Notes: generated by a model not told the origin, from the sequence alone. Shown: positions 18,070 through 28,323, counted from the first letter of the stretch. The stretch: DNA of 64,000 bases from Methanobacteriota archaeon (GCA_018650165.1 JABIGM010000035.1:7542-71541), one strand, 5' to 3'. Translations and numbers: made by a program.

Positions 18070-18910
18070 TATCAAATTGTCTAACAAGAATTTCCTTTTG
18101 CTGTTGGCGACATAATTCCTGCCAACGTGAACTAGAATGGTCTGGTTTTGGAATAATTGGCTCTTCAGAAACAAGGTCTGGAATACCATCCCAAGATACG
18201 GACCACAGAATTAGCCAATCAGGGTCTGCAAGACCTAAATCAATTTCAGTTTGGGGATTGTCACGTGCTTCTAGAACACGCTCAATACTCCTGTAGCTAG
18301 TAATTACGGCTAGCATTGCATTTGCAATTCGTCTAACTTGGTTCCAGACAAAAGCCTCACCAATGATTTCAAATCCAATAATTCGACCTGAATTAATCCA
18401 TGGTTTACAAGACTCTACAACACGTTTTGTCGTTCGTCCCGGCTCCCTTCGGCAAAAATTAGCCCAATTGTGCTCTCCTGTGAAAATTGAACAGAGACTC
18501 TTGAATTCCTCAAGTTCTGGCTCGACCCATCCTTCCATGCACTCCATTCGATAACGGTATGTACGGTATAGCGCTCGCCGTGGACTCCAATCATCAGCGA
18601 CTTGTCTTGCATCTATCAAAGAGATGCTATCTGGGATTTGGTGGCCAACAGCCTTGACAAATCCGGCCTCACCCATTGCATCCCAGCGATTTTGGTCGAT
18701 GTCAATGAAGCCACCATTGAGTCTGACGTGAACTCCCGAATCAGTCCGACTAGCCATCGAAACAGGAATCCGTTCAGTAGTCCATTTCAATTTCTTCTTG
18801 AAAATATGCATGAACGTACCCTGAACCGTAGGAACATCAGGTTGAACTTGGCTGCCATGAAAGCAATCACCATAGTGGCCGAAACGGAAGGCTATTCGCG
18901 CCTTCCCCAT
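18050..18910 (-). CDS. truA: tRNA pseudouridine(38-40) synthase TruA/Pus-type
   Basis: ORF 18050..18979. ATG at 18910 gives MGKARIAFRFGHYGDCFHGSQ. Catalytic motif ASRTDSGVHV. Confidence 0.85.
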   Translation of the reverse strand: MGKARIAFRFGHYGDCFHGSQVQPDVPTVQGTFMHIFKKKLKWTTERIPVSMASRTDSGVHVRLNGGFIDIDQNRWDAMGEAGFVKAVGHQIPDSISLIDARQVADDWSPRRALYRTYRYRMECMEGWVEPELEEFKSLCSIFTGEHNWANFCRREPGRTTKRVVESCKPWINSGRIIGFEIIGEAFVWNQVRRIANAMLAVITSYRSIERVLEARDNPQTEIDLGLADPDWLILWSVSWDGIPDLVSEEPIIPKPDHSSSRWQELCRQQQKEILVRQFDIIEGQY

Positions 18911-18920
18911 CTGCTTCACC

Positions 18921-19442
18921 TCAATCTTCGCGAGAGAGCATTTCAATTGCGTCTTCTGGACTGTATCCCAATCCACCAACCGACCAAATAAGGGCCTGTT
19001 TGAGCCATGGTTGCACCATGGGGTTTTGCTTCGAGGGGTCCATCACTTCAATTGCATCAACGATGTTTCGACTGGCGCTAAACAGTACTTCGTCAACAGG
19101 AATATCTTCAATTTCTAGTCTTCGAGCGTAGCGTTGAAATTCTTTAACAGCAACTGGTATTCTTCGGCACTCAAGAGCGAATGTGGCAAAATCACCGATA
19201 TACTCGACGTTTTCTTCATCCATCTGCATGGCTTTTTTGTAAGCCATCATGATCTTTCCACCTGGGATCACGTCATCTTGTGCTTCGGTGTTTTTCATGT
19301 TTGCAAATTCGGCATACATGTGGTGAACTTCTGCATTTGTTTTATGGCTCGACATCAAATCATCGAGTTCTGCAATGGCGCCATCAAGGTCACCGTTGCG
19401 TAATTTTTCAATCGGTCCCTGGAGTACATTGTCATCGCTCAT
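18921..19442 (-). CDS. Hypothetical helical (TPR-like) protein
   Basis: 173-aa ORF immediately upstream of truA on the same strand. Composition predicts an all-helical fold; no motif recognised. Confidence 0.45.
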   Translation of the reverse strand: MSDDNVLQGPIEKLRNGDLDGAIAELDDLMSSHKTNAEVHHMYAEFANMKNTEAQDDVIPGGKIMMAYKKAMQMDEENVEYIGDFATFALECRRIPVAVKEFQRYARRLEIEDIPVDEVLFSASRNIVDAIEVMDPSKQNPMVQPWLKQALIWSVGGLGYSPEDAIEMLSRED

Positions 19443-19492
19443 ATCGTCGCCTCTATTTTGTGGGCATCCTTACAGTTTTTGAAACCTGTGTG

Positions 19493-20536
19493 TCAATCTT
19501 GATTTTCTACTAACTGATTCTTTAGTTCATTAAGAATGTCAGATTGTTTGGTGATCTGACCCGATTGGCTATGTTTTTGATGCATTTCATTAAGCAAATT
19601 TTCTGTAAATTTCCAGTTAGTAATACAGAAGAAAGAATATCTTGGATCTGGTAAATCTACTTTACGAGATTTTTGATATGTTACGAAGGCGAACATTCGC
19701 TTGAATAGACTTTTAGTCACCTGTGATTCAATGCTTCCTCCTTCTCCAGAACCACCGCCTCCAAATGCACCAACGGATACAGACATCGAATCATCTCCAA
19801 GCCCCAATTGGCTACCAGTGTCACAAACAATGGTATTGTATCCCATGAGAGCACCCAAAAAGGTTCTTTGGGTTCTTATCTCGTTGATGTTGTCGAAGAG
19901 AATACGTCGCCCATCTCCTGGGATGATTAAATGCTGAGTAAAAATCACTCGATGGTTGGTGATTGCATAATGGAAACTTCTCTGATAAAATATTGTAATA
20001 ACAGAAAACAAAGATGCCCAAAAGATTCCAAAGAACATAAAATTGTAAGTGTCCAATGGTATGAATCCTGAATCCTTGTTCATAACCCAAGCGATAAAGT
20101 CATCCAAACGTAAAATTGGTGGAGTCAATGAAACAATCAGGAGGAATACTGTTGTCCATTTTCCACTAGTTGAGCCATTTACCATTCTGTTGAACCAGGT
20201 AATTGCTAGCATCACAACTACAAACCCAATTTCGCCGATCGTGGTCAAATCGATTAACCAAACCATAAGTGTCACAAATAAATTATCCTCGCTAGTTGCT
20301 TCCCATTCATATGAAAACAGGAAATGGACTCCGAAAATAAGTACTGACAAAAAATACATTGAAATAAATGCAAAGTATGAAGGTTTGACCTCATGTAGAA
20401 TTTCTTCATCAGCGGTTAGGCGAAATCTATCACGTAACGACTCTTTAGTATTCGTTTTTACAGGCGCTGAGTCAGGCATTTCTTGCATCTCTTCAGTCTG
20501 TTTTTCTTCAGCAGGTGAAACTTCCTCATCGGACAT
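19493..20536 (-). CDS. Membrane protein with bacterial PH (YdbS/YdbT-like) domain
   Basis: Acidic N-terminus and 4-5 TM helices. The segment ITNHRVIFTQHLI...ILFDNINEIRTQRTFLGALMGYNTIVCDTG resembles bPH_2 domains. Confidence 0.4.
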   Translation of the reverse strand: MSDEEVSPAEEKQTEEMQEMPDSAPVKTNTKESLRDRFRLTADEEILHEVKPSYFAFISMYFLSVLIFGVHFLFSYEWEATSEDNLFVTLMVWLIDLTTIGEIGFVVVMLAITWFNRMVNGSTSGKWTTVFLLIVSLTPPILRLDDFIAWVMNKDSGFIPLDTYNFMFFGIFWASLFSVITIFYQRSFHYAITNHRVIFTQHLIIPGDGRRILFDNINEIRTQRTFLGALMGYNTIVCDTGSQLGLGDDSMSVSVGAFGGGGSGEGGSIESQVTKSLFKRMFAFVTYQKSRKVDLPDPRYSFFCITNWKFTENLLNEMHQKHSQSGQITKQSDILNELKNQLVENQD

Positions 20537-20596
20537 AAATACCTCTTCCCGATTTTTATCAAAACCTAGTCGATGATGAACCTTGCGGCGATTTAC

Positions 20597-21724
20597 TCAG
20601 TGTAGAAGGCCCCAAGAGTGCTCTGCATTACCGCGAATAACCCCCCAATCCTTTCGTGTTCGAATTCCTTTTTCATCATCAATTTCTAATTTCACGACTT
20701 CTAGAGGATACTCATTGTAGGTTAGATGGGATGTGAGCCCCCCCCTAGTTGGTTGGTCAAAAGTCCAATGAGCTCTTGTGACAGCCTTTGCCTCAATTCG
20801 TATTTCTGAAACACCATTCCACATATGGACATGAAAAGTTGGCAAACCAGCAGCATTGCATGTACGTTCGACTCTAACTTCACCAAATTTTTCACTTCGG
20901 TTACGGCTAGCATCATGAAACAATCCCCCCATCGATAAAGGTAGGTGGGCAATGTCTCTTCGCTTCCATGGTTGTGAATCACGTGCAGTTATTGTTGGTG
21001 AAAGATGGGGTAAGAACCAATCGATGTATGAGCCATCATCTAAGTGTAACATTCCCCAAAACCAAGGTGGTGATGGAGCCTGTACACACACTTTCTGGAA
21101 GTATGCGGTCCCGTTGACCTCTTCACCGTCAATTGTTCCGCTACATAGCGAACCGTGCAAACGAGATATACCATATCCCATTCCCATTCCATATTCGGCT
21201 TGAGCTACCTTCAGGCTTGACATGGCACGGTTCCATGGGCGCATTTCCAAATCGAAATCACCGTATTCTGTATCTAAGCGCAGCCAGAATTTGCCTTCGT
21301 CAGGTTTTAGTCCCATCGAAAATTCCTTTTCAGTGTGGGATGCTACGATGCCCCCTTTGTCATGGGGCCATTCTGGATGACCTTCTGCGAGAACAATTAT
21401 TCTGCTTTCCTCAAGAATTAGTGGCTCAATCATGTTTTCACCATCATACCACCAAGCAGCAATCATGCCATCCATGGCTATTGCCCCGTCTTCATCAAAT
21501 CCGGGTCTGCCCACCGGTGTCCACGGGTGACCGTTAACTTCGACAAGTGGGTTATCTTTGGTCGACCAAAGTACCATCAGTTGTTTGCCAGCGGACCTCT
21601 CATCTCCGTCATCTAGCATTACTAACCACCACCACCAATCCCAGGTCAGGTGGTGAATTGGAGGTAGATTTTGTAGTTTCCACAGGCTTGACAAATCACC
21701 TTCAAAGCGGTCCATCTTCACCAT
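20597..21724 (-). CDS. AttH/CrtC/tocopherol-cyclase-like beta-barrel protein (tentative)
   Basis: ORF 20597..21823. The ATG at 21724 overlaps the upstream TAA by 1 nt (TAATG). Trp-rich WDWWWWLVMLDDG and GTAYFQKV...PPWFWGMLHLDDGSY resemble the AttH/CrtC pattern. It is the last gene of an ABC operon. Confidence 0.35.
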   Translation of the reverse strand: MVKMDRFEGDLSSLWKLQNLPPIHHLTWDWWWWLVMLDDGDERSAGKQLMVLWSTKDNPLVEVNGHPWTPVGRPGFDEDGAIAMDGMIAAWWYDGENMIEPLILEESRIIVLAEGHPEWPHDKGGIVASHTEKEFSMGLKPDEGKFWLRLDTEYGDFDLEMRPWNRAMSSLKVAQAEYGMGMGYGISRLHGSLCSGTIDGEEVNGTAYFQKVCVQAPSPPWFWGMLHLDDGSYIDWFLPHLSPTITARDSQPWKRRDIAHLPLSMGGLFHDASRNRSEKFGEVRVERTCNAAGLPTFHVHMWNGVSEIRIEAKAVTRAHWTFDQPTRGGLTSHLTYNEYPLEVVKLEIDDEKGIRTRKDWGVIRGNAEHSWGLLH

Positions 21725-23043
21725 TAATTCACTTCCTTGCCTTTGAAAATAATCTGGCCGATAAACCATGCCATTATTCCTTGGAATAGCAGGATTGCAG
21801 TTGCTATTACAAATGCAACCCATTCGCTAACACCTAGGCCGCTCTTCCCGCTGAATGCAAGGAGCGGTTCAGCGCCGGGTAATGACTCATAACTCATTTG
21901 GCCTAACCAATTTTCTTCCCCATGGCCACCACCCCATAATCCTATTTCGATTAACTGCCAATTATCCGGCCAACAAACAGCAACTCCTGCATCAACGATG
22001 ATCATACCCCAGCCAATTACCGAGAAGTAACGGATTGCAGAGTCTCCTCCTGAAAGAATCGCAACAAAGGTCATTCCTAATTCCCACGCTGCAAATAGTA
22101 TGGCGAGGATTACTCCGTTTTTCCATATGATTCCAAAGCCACAAAAAATAGTTCCATACACTAAGGAAACCATCATCGCAGCCCATGCAATAGACATCCA
22201 AACTCCTAGGTCTGCCCATCTGAATATACCGTCGCTTGGTCCAGTAAAACCAGTGATAAGAGCGAGCACAAAACACAACCCTAGTATGAAAGGCCAAGTT
22301 ATTCCAAGATATCCTAGCATTCTGTAGAGAAGTACTTCTCCACGTGCTATTGGTTTCGCTAACATATAGTGAATTGTTCCTTCAGTCATCTCTTCGCGAA
22401 TCAATCCTGTAGCGAGGAATAGTGGTAGGAAGATTCCTAGAAGGAATACTATTCCGAACTTACCAATTCCAAGAATGAACGATCTATGTCCGGCTTCTTT
22501 TCCATATTTTTCTTCATCAGGATCCTCATCGACCCCATTATCAGAATCAATTTCTACAGTTCCCTTGATTGTATCAACGTTGACAACAATGTCACAATCA
22601 ATACCGTTTTCATTTCCATCGCGTTGGCTGCTGGTGTCTTGGCTTTGGCAGTCGCCATCATCATCTTCACCAACATAATTCTCTCCATTGGCCAGCACAT
22701 CCCAGTCAATATCATCCTCATTAATCCATTTTTCAGGAGGGTCCGGTTCAACCCAATCGGGATATGATTCAGGTGAATTAGGATTTGTTCCTTCTAACCA
22801 TTCTTGGCCATCTGGATAGCCGTCACCATCCGAATCAAATGAATCTCCATCGTTGTCTTTTGCTTCGATTTCAGTATTCATTGCATCAATATAGAATAAT
22901 AGCATCAAGAAGATGGCTACTACCGATGCTCCCATGACTGCCCATGTTGAAATTCTAGTCCGGTACTGGCGCATAGTAAATTCGGCAATCGCAGTAGATT
23001 TACGATCTAATTTTGACCAAATAGTGTCCATGCGGCTACTCAT
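21724..23043 (-). CDS. ABC-2 type permease with acidic Ca-binding-like extracytoplasmic insert of about 130 aa
   Basis: TM1, then DNDGDSFDSDGDGYPDG and DDDGDC...DSDNGVDEDPDE, then about 5 TM helices. The start overlaps the upstream ATPase stop by 4 nt. Confidence 0.65.
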   Translation of the reverse strand: MSSRMDTIWSKLDRKSTAIAEFTMRQYRTRISTWAVMGASVVAIFLMLLFYIDAMNTEIEAKDNDGDSFDSDGDGYPDGQEWLEGTNPNSPESYPDWVEPDPPEKWINEDDIDWDVLANGENYVGEDDDGDCQSQDTSSQRDGNENGIDCDIVVNVDTIKGTVEIDSDNGVDEDPDEEKYGKEAGHRSFILGIGKFGIVFLLGIFLPLFLATGLIREEMTEGTIHYMLAKPIARGEVLLYRMLGYLGITWPFILGLCFVLALITGFTGPSDGIFRWADLGVWMSIAWAAMMVSLVYGTIFCGFGIIWKNGVILAILFAAWELGMTFVAILSGGDSAIRYFSVIGWGMIIVDAGVAVCWPDNWQLIEIGLWGGGHGEENWLGQMSYESLPGAEPLLAFSGKSGLGVSEWVAFVIATAILLFQGIMAWFIGQIIFKGKEVN

Positions 23044-24029
23044 GCAGAACCCCCTGTGAGGTACATTAGAATTGATTGAAGGTCATCATCCGGATTGTCA
23101 ATTCCAGTAACAATTTGTCCGCTATCAACTATAACTTTGGGTAATTTTTTGTGCATTTCACCAAGATGCCTAGTCTCGATAAGAAGTGCTGCAGGGTTTG
23201 AAAAAGATAGCCCAGTTACTTCATCCATGTCAACAATCGCTTTTGCCAATTCGCGAGGTTGGTTACAATCCAATAGGATTTTGTGCGGGTGCTGGTCAAG
23301 CATTTCTCTAATTGCATGCGAGTTTCCGAGAGCTAGAACTCTACCCCGATGCAGAATTACAATTTGTTCAGTTATTCTCTCAATTTCATGGAGTATATGG
23401 CTTGAAACCAGAACGGTTCTACCCATTGCTCCCAGTTCTTTGATGACATTCATTATGGTTGTACGTGCAAGAGGGTCACATCCCTGAAGTGGCTCGTCTA
23501 AGACTATCAATTCGGGGTCGTTGACCAAGGCATGAGCAATCTTTACCCGTTGCCTCATGCCCTTTGAAAACTGGCCGATGCGTTTGTGCATTACTTCATC
23601 TAACGAAACGAATTTCAGTACCCTAGTTGCTTCAATACTTGCTTCATCCCGTGTCATACCATGTAGCCGTGCAAAGGTAGTGATGAAATCTAACGCAGTC
23701 ATCCAGTCATACATCTTTTCATGTTCTGGAACAAAACCAACACGTGAATAGGGGGCTGGGTTCTTCCAAGGGTCTGTGCCAAACAATCGTATTGCACCAG
23801 AACTTGGTTTTATTTTGCCCATCATTAATTTGAAAAACGTGGATTTACCTGCGCCATTCATCCCAAGGATACCAGTGACTCCACCTGATAGTCCAATCGA
23901 AACTCCGCTAAGTGCATTGATTCGGCCATAGGTTTTGGAGACTCTATCAAACATCACAACAGGAGTATTTTCCACTGGTTGCCACTGTTGTGTTTCGGCC
24001 TTTCCATGCTGAGTCATATCCGGCATCAT
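23040..24029 (-). CDS. ABC transporter ATP-binding protein
   Basis: Walker A GMNGAGKST, signature FSKGMRQR, Walker B LIVLDEP. Confidence 0.9.
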   Translation of the reverse strand: MMPDMTQHGKAETQQWQPVENTPVVMFDRVSKTYGRINALSGVSIGLSGGVTGILGMNGAGKSTFFKLMMGKIKPSSGAIRLFGTDPWKNPAPYSRVGFVPEHEKMYDWMTALDFITTFARLHGMTRDEASIEATRVLKFVSLDEVMHKRIGQFSKGMRQRVKIAHALVNDPELIVLDEPLQGCDPLARTTIMNVIKELGAMGRTVLVSSHILHEIERITEQIVILHRGRVLALGNSHAIREMLDQHPHKILLDCNQPRELAKAIVDMDEVTGLSFSNPAALLIETRHLGEMHKKLPKVIVDSGQIVTGIDNPDDDLQSILMYLTGGSA

Positions 24030-25075
24030 TCTCTAGTCACCTCCAATGAAGAGACTCGATTTGCTAACAAATACAGTGCTAGGCCATTCATTACAACAAC
24101 GGAAATCAAACTCCATACCCACGGGTGGTCATATGTCATTTCGGTACCGATTAGCGCTTGACACACATGGGCAACCGCATCATAGGGCGAGATCACATAG
24201 AGTACAGATTTGTCAAATAATCCATCAATTATTGCAGCCATAGATTTGGTCCCCATCAGGATGGCAATCAAACCAATCGCAGGGAAGAATCTACCTCTAG
24301 AGACGCTTGAAAGTGCCAATCCGATTGAGGTGTAAGTGAAAGAGAGTATGATGCCACAAAGGAATGTTGCCATGAACATAGGGAATGTATCAATAATCCA
24401 CGACCAACCTTTACCCATTACTAAAATATCAACAAAATAGTACACAGCAAGTGTTCCGTTGATTACGAAGAATAAAATTAAACCAACCGATAAGAATTTC
24501 ATAGCAGCATAATCAAATCGATTAATTGGGCGAGAGAAATACATTGCACTTGTCCCATTCGCCCTATCTTCCGAAATCATTCCACCTACAAGCAGGGCAG
24601 CAATAATTGGATACCATAGAATATTTCGGGGAAAGAATCCCATTACATGACCATACATATTGTCACGATTTACACCCCATATGTCGTAGAGGGTAGTATC
24701 GCCAATCATACCAAAGAGAAGAGCCATTGCAGCATCGGTCATCGATGCGATGACTACGAAGAAAATGAATAATTTAGTGGGGACATTCCATGGGCGGTGA
24801 CCCTTTGAAACAATACCTAAGACATGGTGTCGTAAAATCGCCCAATTCCGCATCCATCTAGGATTTAGGGTTCCATTCCATGGCTGGTATATTTGTTGAA
24901 AAATCTGGCCTGTTGGCATTGAAGCTACTTGTGCAGTCGACTCGGCATTTTCTACATCAGATGACCATGCTGCCTGCATTTTTGTCTGACCTGTAACCGG
25001 TGTTTCGGAACCAAATGTTTCGTTTTTGGTTGGTTCAGGTTCAAATGGTTCTCCGGGGCTCTTGATTTCTGACAT
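24026..25075 (-). CDS. ABC-2 type transporter permease
   Basis: About 6 TM helices after a cytoplasmic N-terminal region of about 90 aa. Overlaps or abuts the flanking ABC ATPase genes. Confidence 0.65.
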   Translation of the reverse strand: MSEIKSPGEPFEPEPTKNETFGSETPVTGQTKMQAAWSSDVENAESTAQVASMPTGQIFQQIYQPWNGTLNPRWMRNWAILRHHVLGIVSKGHRPWNVPTKLFIFFVVIASMTDAAMALLFGMIGDTTLYDIWGVNRDNMYGHVMGFFPRNILWYPIIAALLVGGMISEDRANGTSAMYFSRPINRFDYAAMKFLSVGLILFFVINGTLAVYYFVDILVMGKGWSWIIDTFPMFMATFLCGIILSFTYTSIGLALSSVSRGRFFPAIGLIAILMGTKSMAAIIDGLFDKSVLYVISPYDAVAHVCQALIGTEMTYDHPWVWSLISVVVMNGLALYLLANRVSSLEVTRE

Positions 25076-26035
25076 TCAAGCACCTCCCAACAAGTCTTCA
25101 CTACTCTTGACATCGTGCCCTAAGCGCTCCATTATCACAAGGAATAAGTCCTCTAAACTAGCCTCATAGTCATGCATCCTTCGTACTTGAGAGCCAACAT
25201 CTGCAGCAGTCTGCAAAATTAAGTCATAGGTCTCATCTCCGGAGTGGCCAATTCGCATCACGCGCCCTTCTCGCCTAACGCGCAACCCTCTGTCAGAGAG
25301 AGTCTCTTCCATCTTTGTAGCCGAGCCCCATACATGAATTTCCACTTCACGGTCAATCGCTTTCAGATCTTCGATTTTCCCCTGAGCAGCTAATTTTCCT
25401 TTGTGTAATAGTACAATATTATCGCAGACTCTTTCAACATCATCCATCAAGTGAGAAGCCATTAGAACCGAACGCCCTCCGTTTTTGACAGTTGTATTTA
25501 GGGTATTTAGCATGAAGTTCCGAGTAAAAGCGTCGAGCCCGTTGCTTGGTTCATCTGCAATTATTAGGGCAGGGTCATGGATTAGTGCGCATGCTAACTT
25601 AGTAGCCTGTTTCATACCAGTTGAGAATGTTGATACTTGACGATACCTCTGTTCGCCCAGGCCAACATACTCGAGAGATTGGTGGGCGCGCTGGAGCGCA
25701 ATGCTTGGATTCATTCCCATTAATTCTCCACTATATCTTACCTGATGAATTGCATCCATGCCGGGGTTTAGTGCATCATATTCAGGCATATATCCTATTT
25801 TCTGTCGTATTTGGTCACCTTGAGTTCTGATGTCGTGGCCCAATACCTTACCATCACCCGAAGTCACCTGTATTAGCCCAAGTATTGTCTTGAGGAAAGT
25901 GGATTTGCCCGCTCCATTTGGGCCAAGCAATCCGGTTGCCCCTTGATGTATTTCGATATCGAGAGAATCTAAGGCCACATGGGGCCCATACGCTTTGGTT
26001 AGGGCGGTGGATTCGATAACTAAATCTCCGACCAT
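25076..26035 (-). CDS. ABC transporter ATP-binding protein
   Basis: ORF 25076..26092. ATG at 26035 (MVGDLVIES) is preferred. Walker A GPNGAGKST, signature FSTGMKQ, Walker B LIIADEP. Confidence 0.9.
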   Translation of the reverse strand: MVGDLVIESTALTKAYGPHVALDSLDIEIHQGATGLLGPNGAGKSTFLKTILGLIQVTSGDGKVLGHDIRTQGDQIRQKIGYMPEYDALNPGMDAIHQVRYSGELMGMNPSIALQRAHQSLEYVGLGEQRYRQVSTFSTGMKQATKLACALIHDPALIIADEPSNGLDAFTRNFMLNTLNTTVKNGGRSVLMASHLMDDVERVCDNIVLLHKGKLAAQGKIEDLKAIDREVEIHVWGSATKMEETLSDRGLRVRREGRVMRIGHSGDETYDLILQTAADVGSQVRRMHDYEASLEDLFLVIMERLGHDVKSSEDLLGGA

Positions 26036-26075
26036 GTATGTGACACAGTGAGATGGGCCCTTGAATATGCCCCTT

Positions 26076-28247
26076 TCAGGGGCAGCCTTCACGTACTTTT
26101 ACTGCTATACCTTTTGTGAATGACTCCATCTCTCCAGATGTTGCTTGAGAACGACCGATTGCTACCAACTCTCCCGAAGAATTTACGATTAATACCGATT
26201 CATCTGGACGAATCCAAGAATCACATGCGAGAATGAATCCGTGCATCACATTACGTCCTTCTCTGACAAATGGTTCCGCATCATCATCAATGATTACCCA
26301 TGCAGGTCCATTTCCTGGGTAGAGCGATTTGTCGGCTGAATTGAAGCCTATTGGTGCCGGCACTTTGCGCAATGCATGTAGCACTCGCGCCCCGTCTACA
26401 GTCAGAGAAATCCCCCCCTCTGCAAGACGAGGTGAAAACAAGTGGGACTCAGAAGCATCAATCACATTTCTGATTCTTCCAGTACGGCTCATCACAAATG
26501 TTGCATCTTCACAAATTCCGATAGCGTCATCTTGGTCTACATTACAAAGAACGCACAGTTTGTCAACTACCTGCGCCTGCAATTTTTCTATCGGAGTGCG
26601 TTCTTTTGGCTCAATCCCTAGTTGTTTGAATACTCGGCTGTGTAATTCTTCCGTATCGGAAATGTCAACAGGAATTATTCTTCGATTGTGAATTCCAAAC
26701 ATACCTAATTCCCTTTGAATCGCAGCAAAGTTAGGTTTCCTTTTCCAAAGCCAATCTGGGCCTTCGATATGGGCCCAGGGGTTGAGGTCTTCGAGCCCCC
26801 AAGGTACGAGGCCGAGTGGTGTTTGAACAAATAATTCAAAATCAGTCGACCAAATTCTATCGACCAATTCTCCAATTCTTTCCCTCCAAGGCGCACTTGC
26901 TCCATGAAATATTACAACGTCTCCCGATTTACGTGATTTCCATCGCGAAAACAATCGTTTTCTTGCCATTTCGATATGTGGCCGATGGTGTGTGTCTTGT
27001 CCACCCCACGATTCACTGCCATTACGAGGAGTGGTTTGGGCATTGACTAGCCAATCCCAGTTTTCTTCCCACTTGCCACGCTCTGTACCAATTTCTTTCG
27101 CCGCAGAAACCTCATCCATAATAATCGGCTCCATCGAAGACCGAGCCGGATTGGTAACGAGCCATAGGAATGCTTCTCTTAGTGCGGGGTGTTGATGACT
27201 CCTACGCTCTGCTAAGCGCCAAATTGTCCCGTCTCTGATCGCTTGTCGACACCTCGACATTTCCTGAAGAGTAATTTCCAGATTGTATTTTGAAAGGATG
27301 ACTGTTCGTTCTTGTTTTTTCATGGCTCTTACTTCTGCAGGGGTAATATTGGCAATGGCTGGCATAATAATTGGCCACTCTTCAATGTTGGATATTTTTT
27401 CCGTACCCCAAGGCATCAGCAATCTTCCATCCCTTGCGAACAGAACATATGCTGCAGAATCAAATAAATCGGCACCCATAGCGACAAGCATAGGAAAGAG
27501 CATTGGATGGCCACAACCAAACATGTGAACCGGCTTGTTGGGCGGAAGATTCGATTTACAAGCTAGCATTATTTTTGCAAGATCTCGATACTTTTGTTGC
27601 TCCATGATAGGAACAATCCCACCAATTGGATGGATGCTGAAATCTAACGCTCCCATACCGCGTGCACTTTTCGACCGTAATTCAGGGAATAGGCCTCCCT
27701 GAATTGGCCCATTTAGCATCGTTTCGTTTGCTGTTTTTATCGAAATATCGCTGCGCCGAATCGTTTCATCAACCGCTTTTTCAACCTGTGCAAAGGTCAT
27801 GTCAGGGCGGGTAAAAATATCCAACATTGTTGCTATGTCTACTCCAATGTCCTTTTGGAATTGAACTATTTCTTCAACCCCTACCTCGACATCCCCATAG
27901 ACATAAGATTGGAATGTACCCGAATCGGTCATAATAACGCCGGGAAAATCGATTAGTGAGTGAACGCCTTCTTTGAGGGCTTCTTCCTTCAGGTTTTCAT
28001 GCTTCCAAATTACATATGAGTTTGTTATTAGGGCCTGAATTCCATATTTATCCCACATTTCGCGCGGCTCAATTGTGCGTATATTTGGATTAATCACTGG
28101 TAGTAAGCATGGTGTTTCTAAGACACCGTGCGCAGTATGTAATTTACCTAACCGTGCTTGCCCATCACGTCCGTATATCTCAAAACGTCCAAGGTCTTTT
28201 TCGCGGCATTTCGCCGGCCCATCTCGCCGTCCGTCTTGCCACTTCAT
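26076..28247 (-). CDS. tgtA: Archaeosine tRNA-guanine(15) transglycosylase (ArcTGT) with PUA domain, atypical (no Zn ligands, enlarged middle region)
   Basis: FEIYGRDGQARLGKLHT...ETPCLLPV, IMTDSGTFQ, HPIGGIVP, VHMFGCGHP...DLFDSAAY, and a C-terminal PUA-like region (VIIDDDAEPFVREGRNVM...AVKVREG). 723 aa. Confidence 0.85.
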   Translation of the reverse strand: MKWQDGRRDGPAKCREKDLGRFEIYGRDGQARLGKLHTAHGVLETPCLLPVINPNIRTIEPREMWDKYGIQALITNSYVIWKHENLKEEALKEGVHSLIDFPGVIMTDSGTFQSYVYGDVEVGVEEIVQFQKDIGVDIATMLDIFTRPDMTFAQVEKAVDETIRRSDISIKTANETMLNGPIQGGLFPELRSKSARGMGALDFSIHPIGGIVPIMEQQKYRDLAKIMLACKSNLPPNKPVHMFGCGHPMLFPMLVAMGADLFDSAAYVLFARDGRLLMPWGTEKISNIEEWPIIMPAIANITPAEVRAMKKQERTVILSKYNLEITLQEMSRCRQAIRDGTIWRLAERRSHQHPALREAFLWLVTNPARSSMEPIIMDEVSAAKEIGTERGKWEENWDWLVNAQTTPRNGSESWGGQDTHHRPHIEMARKRLFSRWKSRKSGDVVIFHGASAPWRERIGELVDRIWSTDFELFVQTPLGLVPWGLEDLNPWAHIEGPDWLWKRKPNFAAIQRELGMFGIHNRRIIPVDISDTEELHSRVFKQLGIEPKERTPIEKLQAQVVDKLCVLCNVDQDDAIGICEDATFVMSRTGRIRNVIDASESHLFSPRLAEGGISLTVDGARVLHALRKVPAPIGFNSADKSLYPGNGPAWVIIDDDAEPFVREGRNVMHGFILACDSWIRPDESVLIVNSSGELVAIGRSQATSGEMESFTKGIAVKVREGCP

Positions 28248-28323
28248 GTCTGGCCGTCATACACTTTGGGCATCAACCTTCTTGTTGTAACTAAGTGACC
28301 AATGTTTTGCTAATCTAAGCCAG

